A DNA stretch of 64,000 nucleotides, from contig OZ176052.1 of assembly GCA_964247055.1 (NCBI GenBank), forward strand, positions 6,014,001 to 6,078,000. The letters are read 5' to 3'. Positions 31,162 to 42,800 of the stretch are shown here, piece by piece. The DNA comes from Paragordius varius. Taxonomy: Eukaryota > Animalia > Nematomorpha. How positions within the stretch are numbered: position 1 is the stretch's first letter; every line of letters starts with the position of its first letter. The notes beneath the pieces are model-generated. The model had not been told where the DNA came from and searched no databases. It saw only the letters and a program-made list of their open reading frames with translations. A program made the translations under genes and the position numbers.

Positions 31162-34100
31162 TCAACGACTTTTCCCATTATATCGGCCAGCGTGTTCGAG
31201 TGAGCATTCATAAATGTTTATACTGCGATCATCGGAAACCGAAACAGCGCGATTACCCAATCTGTTAAATTTGGCAGCCCATACCTTAAAAATTTAAGTG
31301 TAAAATATAAAACAGACTATTTTTGTTTTTGAGGATTAAAAATTATATAATAAAATAATGATAGGTAGCAAAGCTATATTACAATAAAATTAAACAAAGA
31401 CAAAAACGTAAAAACTAAAAGACAAATATTTTTTTATAAGGATAAATCCTTAATTTTAAACCCTAATTTTTGATTGCTTGAGTTGCAAAATAGGGAATAT
31501 ACATGTAAATTAGTGGCACTCTGAATTATATATTATAATATTGCTTTTTAGCTACCAAGTGTGAAAAAGTATGGCTCCCTTACAAAATACGTTTAGTTAT
31601 TAATCTTTAGAGTTTTAATTTTTACTGTAATAATTTTTGAAATATATTATGAAATTTATAATATCATCTATTTAATTGCCATATACATGGATCAAAAAAT
31701 AAAATTTTATTAACACAAATATAAACTTGATCACTATGTTCACACACTGAATATACGCAACGCCGATTCGGTAGATCCCAAAATTTTATTGTTTTGTCTG
31801 ATGAACTATAGATATAAACAAATTATTTTTTATTAAAGTTTATATATACAAATGTATTTATTGATTATTTGATTCTTAAAAACCTTGATAAAAAGGATTG
31901 ATTGTCTGGAGCAAATGTTAGAGAAAGCACCCAAGAACTATGTCCTGATAGTCTCTCACTCAAATGAGCATTTGGCCTATATTAAGATAATTATATTTTT
32001 TAAGGTTAATATGACATTAATAAAAAATAATTGTGTTGTTTAATGGCTTATAAGGACGACACAAATGAAATTATATTTGTTGTTTTATGATATAACAATT
32101 GAATACGAAAATACTGTTAAATAAATTAGGTGTATTTACAATTTAAAGTTTTTAAGGCTTTAATGGGTAAATGATACTTTTATTACAAATCGCCAATTTC
32201 AATTTATAACTTTTACTTTGGTAAATGAAAGAAGTATGTTATAGATTGAATAATTCGCATTTACAGTAATAGAATTGTTTTTTACGGCCCACAAATTATT
32301 CGCAATAACATTTTAATATTATTTAAAAAGTAAGATTACATTTCAAATATCTTAATATTTCCATCATCGGATCCACTAATCAAGAGTTGAGAATCGGGCG
32401 AAAAACACAAAGTCCTTATAGGTTTTGCATGACCTAGTTGGAATAAATTTTATCTAATTTAATGTTTTACAAAACAAATTAAGCAATAATTTAAAATACA
32501 AACCTTCAATTGTGTGAAATAGTTTTCCCGTGTTCATATCGAAAAAATTGATTATACCATCATTTGAGCCTGTAACCAAATAATGGCCATCTGGACTCTA
32601 GTTGATTACAAACAATTAACAATATTATACACTAGAGCAGGGGGGTCCAACACACGGCCCTCTAAAACTCTATGTAGTCCGCGCAAAATTTGGTAATCCA
32701 TAATTTACCCAAATATATGCTCATAAAACCATAGCAAAATTAATATTTTTTAAACAAATTTTCTAAATAAGTTTATATATTTGGCAACGAACTAGACAAA
32801 AATGTTCTTACAGTCTTATGTTTGAATCTAATAAAATATTTATTAATGCTCATATATATATTCCAAATTCGGCCCGTCGAATAATTTAAGCGAAAATGCG
32901 CTCCGCAAAGCCATTTATGTTGAAGAGCCTTGCATTAGAGTATGGCATAAAACAACTATTCGGTATAATGATGTTTTTCCCCTATACTTAAACAAGGATT
33001 GTAAACAAAATAAATAGGCCATACGCTAGCGTATTTCGTTCTTTATATAATACATTGTTAAAATATTTTATCAAATTATATTAAAATATATAAGATCTAG
33101 AATTTAGGTGATAAAAAATGGCCAATAAAATAAAAATAATAGTAAACGGCATAAGAAACATATTGTTAAATAAAATTCATTTGAAAGGAATTTTTTTAAA
33201 AAAATACTAAAAATGAGTGTTGTGTTTTTATTGGTAAACATTATATGTAATACTCTAAAATAGTTTGAAATAATTCAATATATTAACTATACATTCAGTA
33301 ATTAGTATTTAAATTAATTTAACAAATATATTAAAAATGTTCGTTAATCAAGGTTTACCATTTATTTAATAGTTTTGCGCATCTTTTGATTTTTAATAAA
33401 AAAATATATTTCAATGTTTTTTATTATATGAACCAACAACTTTAGTGGTCTGTAGGAGGAACAAAAGAGTATGTCTCCTTTGTTTTTATAAATGGGTATG
33501 ATGGTGCTTTTTGACCAATCATTAGGGATGCGATTCGTTGACAAGATTAGATTAAATATATGTTAAATGTGGAATGCATTGGGGTAAAGCTTTAATCATG
33601 TCGGAGCTGAGTTCAGATGGACTAATTGCTTTGTTATTTTACATCTTGGCCAAGGCATCTCTTACATCATCTGTTTATCAATGGTCGAGGACCAATTGCT
33701 GGTGGTTGGTTTATTGTTTCAAAATCATGTTTTTGTGCGAATTGTTCTTGGTAATACGTACTCCAGACATTGCTTATGTCTCTCCAATTAGTTGCTAGAT
33801 GTTGGTGTTTATCTTCAATATAGGAAATTTGTTTAATGTCCTTTTTATTATTGTTAACTGAATTTTAACTAATATATTTAATCTAATCTTGTCAACGAAT
33901 CGCATTCCTAATGATTGGTCAAAAAGCACCATCATACTCATTTATAAAAACAAAGGAAACATACTCGTTTGTTCCTCCTACAGACCACTAAAGTTGTTGG
34001 AACACCAGTTAAAATTTTTTTGAATCCATTATTGAATCAAAACTAATATCAATCATTAGTATACAGGAATCACAATATGCCTATAAACCAAACAGTAGCA

Positions 34101-36832
34101 CAATTGATGCAATCTTCATTTTGAGAAGATTGCAAGAGAATTATTTAGCAAAAAATAAAAAACTTTATCGTGTTTTTATTGATTTACAAAGAGCCTTTGA
34201 TTGTATCCCCAGGAAGTTAACATTCACACTACGAGCCAAAAACGTAGATGATTGGATAATTAAATCAATAGAAATGATGTACTACAAAACAACAAACTGC
34301 GTCAGGTTAACACTAGGCAACACAGCTTTTGTTCCAAACGAATCTGGTCTTCATCAAGGGTCCATCCTAAGCCCTCTACTCTTCATTTTAATAATGGATT
34401 ACCTAACAAAAGATATAAAACAAGGCCCACCATGGGAACTTATCTATGCGGACGACATTGTCCTCACCGCAACATCAATGGAAGAATTAAATTAAAAGTA
34501 CAACACATGGAAATCACACTTAGAAAAGGGTGGAATGAAGATAAATATAAGCAAAACAAAGGTGCTAATAACGGGTGAAACTGTATATGAACGACCTAAG
34601 TTTCCATGTGAAGTAAGTGATTTAGATGTTAAACTCAATTCAATATGTACATCATGCAATAAGCGGGTACACAAAAAGTGCTCGCTTATAAAAGGGATAT
34701 TAATCAACAATGATAAATTTATATGTGAATCATGAAAAAATAAAACAATAAATCACTCATTCACTTCAATAAAATACTTTTATATGGCAGACGCCAAAAT
34801 CGAATTGGTAAATAATAGTTGGGCGATGTCATACATTACCTAGGTGGAATAAACCAATCAGTTAAATATAGATCCCAACAGGCTTGGGTAAAATATCATC
34901 AACTTAAATTTGTGCTCAAAAATAAACATATATCTCCAAAAAACAAAGGTTTGATTTACAAAGCCGGCATACGTCCCATACTCCTGTATGGAAGCGAGAC
35001 TTGGCCGATGACAGATTCAATTGAGAAAAAACTAATGAACATAGAAAAACGGATGCTAAATTTATTCCACCCCAATAAGTCAAATTCAAATTAACATCAA
35101 CTGTACCAAATCGAACCTTTAATTATGCTCAGAAAAAATAGGCTTAGATATTTCGGACACATCAAACGTGCTCCAGAACAATGGACATAAAATTTTATCC
35201 CTACATCCCGAAGGTAACAATCACAGGGGCAGACCAACATTTAACTTGCCAAAATTGATGATAACGCCTGGCAGGATCGCAAATATTACAGACAGCTTCT
35301 ATACGGATACAATGGCTAGCCATTACACAAAGACGATAAGATTTATATCAACCATTTTTCATTCAAAAACAACATTTTTCCAAGCAAACGCAATATTTTT
35401 ACGGAACATTTTTTCGGTTGTCTTTGCTTGAAAACATTGTCTTTTATTGAAAAAATGTTGGTTTTGACTAAAAAATTGAATACCATTATTTTTATTATTT
35501 GAAATATTAGAAGAAAAAGTTTACTATAAAGCAATATATAACTGGTTAAAAAAACGGTTCATATTTATATTTTAGTCAACGTAGAAAACTCTTCTATAAT
35601 AATCATTCTATATTTATCAATTAAAAAATGTAATGAATCAATCAGTATTAATATAATGTTATAATTAATAAGGGATACTCACATAAGCCAAACTCAAAAT
35701 AAATTTTCCTTTGGTATCAAAACTCGTGGTTTCAGATCCATCTTTAACATTGTAAACGTGTATTATGCCATTATAACTGCCCACTGCTATACTTTGTCCA
35801 TCAGGTGATAGGCGAACGCACCAACTTTCCACTAATGTACAGGAAAAATTGAAATTATACGGACAAAACGTAAAAATATAATAACAATTTTAAAAAAAAC
35901 AACCATACTTTATTAAGCCCTAATTATCCTATATAAATTATACAGATACAAGCGTACAATACAAAATGGGTTGGGTTATCAATTTACATCTATATTATAT
36001 CTTTTTTAGCTTAAAACAATCAATTATTTTAAAAATAATCAAGATTTAAAAAGTATGGTAGTCTTTTGTAAAAAAATATTTGTCTTTATAAAAATACGTT
36101 TTGTCCGTATAATTTCAATTTTTACTATGTTATAAATTTACTTTTTTATAAAATTATTATTTAAAAATATACAGTGGAACGCCCCTATAATGACGCCAAT
36201 TGTGAGAAAATAGTTAGGGACCATTATACAAATTCTTTTTTATAAAAAATATATAAAATTAACACTTTGATACTAATTTATCCAAAAAAGTAAATACATA
36301 AAAAAATGTTAAAGGATAATTTTTATTAATTAAAAATATTGATGCAAAAAGAGATTTATTAAAAAATCGATAAAGCCATTATATACTTGGACCTGGCTCA
36401 ATTTTTCGAATTTCAGAACCTGACTCTACATCCCATAATTCTATCACACCATCTAATGCGCTAGATGCCAAAACTAAAATTTTGTAAGATTAAGTTATAG
36501 AACCATTATTTTTCATATCAAGGTCCAAAGAATGCACGGCTAGAAAATGACCTTTTAAGATATGTGCAAGCGATAATTCTTCATCATCCCTGTTTTTTTA
36601 TATAATAATCCAAGATAATACCAAATCCAAATTTTAACAGTTTCATCCAAAGATGCGGTTGCAATATAATCAGTATTAGTGTTATCATTATGGCCCCAAA
36701 CTACATCCCATATTCCATTTTCATGGGCTGAAAAATAATGTTAAATATAAATATTTTATCCAAATTTTAATAAGAAACCATTAAATATTTTCAAAATATA
36801 CCGTGTTCCTTTTTGTAAATGAGATTAACCAT
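31162..36832 (-). CDS. WDR61: WD repeat protein 61 (Ski8), multi-exon
   Basis: Exons give [122 protein letters not shown]; stop TGA at 31162. Confidence 0.95.
32638..32932. mobile_element. hAT (Charlie/Buster-like) MITE in WDR61 intron
   Basis: TIR CAGGGGGGTCCAAC/GTTGAAGAGCCTTG; near-perfect 8-bp TSD CACTAGAG/CATTAGAG. Confidence 0.75.
33433..35335 (+). mobile_element. Decayed RTE-type non-LTR retrotransposon with inverted 5' part (WDR61 intron)
   Basis: RT motifs [12 protein letters not shown] and YADDIV, frameshifted, on + from ~33872; upstream RT-region sequence on minus strand at 33433-33845. Confidence 0.9.
35844..36123. mobile_element. Inverted-repeat MITE in WDR61 intron; relatives near 29170-29400, 41460-41670 and 62560-62765
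   Basis: Arms AAAAATTGAAATTATACGGACAAAACGTA / TACGTTTTGTCCGTATAATTTCAATTTTT. Confidence 0.6.
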
Positions 36833-36860
36833 GCCTTTAATTCATGTAATCGTTCAACAC
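36833..36860. promoter_or_regulatory. 28-nt gap between divergent WDR61 and MED17 start codons
   Basis: CAT at 36830-36832 (WDR61, minus) and ATG at 36861 (MED17, plus); promoter function is inferred. Confidence 0.45.
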
Positions 36861-39800
36861 ATGATGGATTTAAATTTAAGCACTACTTTTATTGGAGTTG
36901 AACCCATTCCCGAATATAAAGTCGATGAGATTAAATATGATGGAACAGAAATAATTAAACAGTTTTTAGTTATGTTAATATTTATATAGCCCATTGTCAT
37001 TTGATGATTACATAAAGAAATTATCTAATCAAACCTCAGTCGAAGACAATAAAGTTAAAGATGTTACCAAATCCCCCTTAAATCCAGATCAAGAGGCAAT
37101 AATTGAAAAACTTAGGTATGATAATATTTTTATCGCAGAAATGCTCTTACAGAAATTAATGTTTTAGTTGACGTCCTTAAAATTACCAAACAGCAACAAT
37201 ATTTAGCCCTTGATTATATTGCAAATGAAAGTAGTGATCTAAAAACTACCAATATACTTAATAAGAAAAAGGTGTAATAATTATATTTTTATATTAATAA
37301 TTATTTGCTTATTTATATTTTTAATCTATAAGAATCTTTTACAAGCATCTGCTATACTGGCAAACGGATTTGACAGATTAAAATCGGATCTTACTACCAG
37401 TGAATACAAAAACGATACAGAAGAACTTTTTGCGCTTAGAAGTTTTTGGAAAATTAAAAAAGTCAAAGAAAAAATATATGGAGACCTCAGCCTTAAGTCA
37501 AGTACAACATTTTTGAGTTATTGATCGACAAAGTTTTATTATTGTTTAAAGGATAGTTGAATACTTATTTTTTATATTTATCTTGCAAAATATGTTATGT
37601 AATGGTTCTGAAGGGTTTCTGCTTTGATTTAAAAATTTCATCTTTACTGCCAAATATTTTTTCTTGTTTTTTGCTAAAAAGTTTGCAAAAATTAGATCAA
37701 ATAAAATTAATTAATTTTATATGTATTTGATTACAATGTGGCAAATTTTAAATATGATTACTATGAACTCAAGACGTTGAACAGGTAATGCCTCTTTATT
37801 TTAATATAAACATATTCATTAATAATTATTTCTTTCTTAATAATATTTTCAAACATTTTATAGTCAAATTTGCGTAAAACACTTCAAATTTTTTTAACAA
37901 ATTTGATATGAATGAGCTGTTGATAATTTTTTAGTTAATAAAAAAAATACTATTTTGTGTTTAGTTGGTTCCACATATTTCGCAAATGGGACATTTGAAG
38001 TTAAAAAAGATACGTCCGCAAAAAGCAACAACCAATTTAAAATATATTTTCCCAAAAATATTGATACAACACCTCTTCACTTACATATCAACATAAAAAA
38101 TTTTGGTAAAAAATTTTGGATTACTAAATCGTTTTTTTAATTTTTAGTTTAACTATTTCATTTATAAAAAGGTATTTAGTATTGATTTTGATTAAATTTT
38201 ATTATAGATAGTAAAATTTTATCCGAAAACTTTATTTCTATGATAATTTTGATAGTATCATCAAGAGTATATAGCCATATAAGTATCTAATAATTTATTC
38301 ATGAGTATCAGAATAATATTTACGTTAAAATTTGATTCCCTTGTGTACAACTAATGATTTTACAGATCATTAGGAAACTGGCCTTTGCCGTTAGCGCATT
38401 TTCATGCCCCGGCCAACACCACGGGGAGGTGGCAATAGGACTTTGTTGGCCCAATAGTGTGGAACACACACTGAAAATATTCGAAAATATTTTAGAAAAC
38501 AGGCTGAGAAAATTTATAAACTTAGATTCGAATCAGTTTGCATTCCGTCCAAACAGTAGCACAATTGATCCCTTGTTCATCCTAAGACGCTTACAAGAAA
38601 AATATCTAGAAAAGAAACAAAAGCTATACCATGTCTTTGTAGATCTGGAACGTGCGTTTGACCAAATACCACGCTCTACAATTCAATGGGCACTACGTAA
38701 AAAGGGAATAGAAGAACATACTATACAAATTTTATTACTACTCTATAAAAATACAACAACCAACGTTAAAACCAATATTGGCAATACAAACGATTTCCCA
38801 ACAAACGCTGGACTACACCAGGGTTCAGTCCTAAGTCCACTCCTTTTTATTACTATAATGGATGCGGCAATGCAAGACATAAGAAGTGAATGCCCTTGGG
38901 AAATGTTATTCGCCGACGACCTCGTGATAACGACACGATCATGGGATCAACTGGTAAATACATATTCCAAGTGGAAGAAATGCCTTGAACAATATGGAAT
39001 GATCATAAACGCCACAAAAACAAAAATAATGATAACGGGTGAAAGTGAAACACCCAGATACCCCTGTTCCATTTGCAGTAAGGAAGTACGTTCAAATTCC
39101 ATTAAATGCATATCTTGTCAATTGTGGGTACACAAAAAGTGCTCTAAAATAAAAGACAAGTTAACAAATGTAATAAATTTTAAATGCTTAAATTGCTTAG
39201 ACCCAAGCAATAAAAATTTTAATCGACCAAAGCTACTTAACATTGATGGACATGACATCGAATTGGTTGACTCTTTCGTATACCTAGGAGATGTCATATC
39301 ATCTCAGGGAAGCCCACAAAAGGCTATCAAAAGAAGAATACAACAAGGTTGGATAAAATATAATCAATTAAAATATGTTTTCCAAAACAAAAATGTTAAC
39401 AATCGTAATAAATGGTATCTTTACAAGGCAGGAATAAGACCTGCTCTTACCTATGGTTCTGAAACCTGGGCATTAAACAAAACAAATCAAACAAAACTCC
39501 TAACCAGTGAGAATCGAATACTCCAAAGCTGCTTTCGTACGCCAGAAATACCAATTTTCATTAAAGAAAACGATAAAATCGATTATATAATTCAAACAAA
39601 CAGATTGCGTCTCTACGGTCATACTCAGAGAAGAGACGCCACCCATCCTTTAAAAACTGTTGATAACATTAATGTTGATGGCAATAGAAGAAAGGGACGA
39701 CCACTCTTTTCTTATAATGATAATATAAAAATGGACTTGAATCAACGTAGCCTTTCCACAGAACAATGTAAAGATCGTAATATATGGAGGAAACTACTTC

Positions 39801-42800
39801 GTGGATACAAAACTCCGAATATGGAGTCCTAAAATTATCCATCCAAAATTTGATTCAAGGTTCACATTTTTATTTCCAAATTATTTAATTAAATTAATTT
39901 AAGTTTTGCTCAATTTGCACAATTATTCTTTTCTATCATATATATAGAAAGTGGTGAAATAATTAGCACAAATATAAATTTGGCCTCAAATGATTCGGTA
40001 ATTAAATTAGTTGGAACCAATATACAGTCAACAAGTACTTCAACTAATCAAACTTTAATAAACAAAACACTGGAATCCATACAAAATAATATTTTTTATC
40101 AAGAAATTTTATATTCGGTATAAATTTGTTTTATCAAATTTTTAACATTGATGTGAAATTAACTATTTTAAGGCATTTTGTACTGTATTTAGGTTGGTAG
40201 GGAAGCCCTTGAAAACAACAATGTTTTTGAATACAATCCAATCATAAAACCAAACTTTTTTTCATGTCCGGTATTTATATAATTTCATATAAAACTTTAC
40301 CCTTAAATCAAAATTTTATTTGATAATTAATAAATATGTAATAATGTAAATTTGAATTTTATTTGACTATAGCTTTTTGGTAAATATTGGGTGGAAATTT
40401 TTACAGAAAAATGCCAGGATATTGATTTAAGACACCAACCTATCTCTAATGAAGTATATCATTTTTTAAATAGTTATTGTGTTAAATATTTATATTTCTA
40501 AAATAAAAAACTGTGTACCTATATTTAACATCCACATTTTGATTATTTTATGCATAAATTAGTTTATACAAAAATATATTTGAGTGATTATACTTTGTAC
40601 TTTTATAAAATTCTAACCATAAAATTTAATCGACTATATGGTATAATCTAATAAAGTGTCATATTTTTCAATATACAAAAATAATTTTACGTTCTATATA
40701 ACCCTAAAATCATGAAAACTTTATTTATGATATAAGCCCAAAGATATAAAATCATCAGCATTATCTTCACTAAAAATGGCAGTTCAATCAAAGTTGCTTC
40801 AACAATTTCAAACTTTGTTCAAGGTAGCTAAACCCGTTCCAAGTTGTGCAAATATTTCACAAACTAATCGCCGACGTTTAGCGGGTCCACATTGCCTGAG
40901 ATACGATGACACCAGATGTTATGGTTATATTTTTTATAATCTAAAATTAATGGTTTTTTCAAGTTTTCTTGGTATCATGTATTTTTCATAATCGTTTAAT
41001 TTTTCATGGAAAGGAAAGAAGGAATTATGGAAAGATGTATAAAAGAATAATATTCACGCTTTAATTTAAATGACTTGCATGAAACGATTGCATGTAAACC
41101 ACGAACTAATACACTGACTAAAATTACTGTATCTCATATTTATAAATTAATTGGATGTGATTAAAATTTTTTGCTCGATACAACATAATTAGAATATTTT
41201 TGTTATTACATAAATATTAGCTTGTTGATAAAAATCAAAATCCATTTCAATTTTTTAACTTTCATATACTAGGTACAGTAATTTACAATATTTTATTTAA
41301 CCCTTTACTTTATTAACAATATCAATATATTATCCATATATCGTATAAATTATTGAGATTAAAGTCAAAATTTTGATACTTGCTAGTATCTATGATTAGC
41401 TAATAAATATTATGAGAAATAAAGTATTAAAATAAAATTTATTTACATTAATAATAGATAGACGAAACGTAAAAACTAAAAGCCTAATATTTTTTAAAAG
41501 GATAACCGTATTTTTTAAAACCTTGATTCATTGTATAATTATTATAGATTGTATGATTTAGTATAATATTACCAGTTTACATCTCTAATCCCAATTTTAC
41601 CACCCAAAACGATGAGTTAACTATGGTTGTCTTTTATAAAAATATGATTGTCTTTTAGCATTTACGTTATATCAGTGTATATAATCAATTTTTGCTGTAA
41701 TTTCACTTTTCTTTTTAGGTAATCCAACTAATGTCCCCAAGCATCCGCGCCCACTCTACGAGTTACAGACGGATTTGGAAGACGAACTCCTTCTATTAGC
41801 CAATACTAACAATAATGATAATAATGAAGGAAATTTTGATTTAAGTTTTGAAGATTTTTCTTTGCTGGACGGAGGTAGGAGATCAATCCATTCTGGAATT
41901 TCCACTCCATTACAAATTTTAAACAACGATCATTATGACGAGCCTAAAATTGAAGGTATATTAGCAATATTACTGTGATATAAAATTCCCTAAATGTGGG
42001 GAAAACGCATGGCTTAATATCAGCACCATGACTTTTAGAGAAAAATATTAAAATTTAATTGCATAATTCAATTATTAACATTACCAAACTAGTAAGGTTG
42101 TGGGAAGGTATACCCAACTTTAAACCATTAATTAAAAAGTAGGATTTTATTTAAAAATCAGAAAAGTGCATGATGATCACCATTAGCTAATTGGTTGCCA
42201 TGAACTTTTATAAATCTTCTTAAATATTGATTTTGAAAATGTAAAAATTATTATTAAGGCGTTACCTGTAAACTTTTTGTCAGTTTTTTATACTATCGTT
42301 AGCTCAAGAAACAAATTCTCTTTACTTAACATTAGATCCAGTTATACAATTAAACCTTTGACCTTGGACACACATAAAAAGAAGCGATTAAGCAACTATT
42401 TTTATGGTGTAATTTTTTTAAGCTCTGCATATTTATATTTTGCGACCCTTTCGGGGTTAGATGATGGGAAAAATAGCGAAAAATGTGATGAAAATCAATT
42501 ACCAAAAACCAATAATATTTCAAAAAGGGTATACTATTTTATAAATCGTGTATTACATATAATTAAACTTTAATACTGTATTTGTTCTAATCATATTAAT
42601 TTTATATAACAGAATATTTGATATTTATGGAATAATTTTAAAATGATAAAGAGCTAAATAACTATTTGAAGAAGACCGTATAAACACATATTTTACAAAC
42701 GTTTATAATATTATATCAATGAGTTTCATTAATTTTTTAATTGAATATTATGAATATAAATTAATTATGATTGAGGCAATAATTGAATTAGGTCATTACG

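Noticed and set aside
33574-33798. Plus-strand 74-aa ORF
   Set aside because: Antisense shadow of the inverted RTE arm
41000-41130. In-frame TAA at 41048-41050 in a MED17-like frame, suggesting stop-codon reassignment
   Set aside because: TAA terminates SmE, G-gamma and the KASH gene exactly where expected; a GT donor upstream of this TAA can explain it
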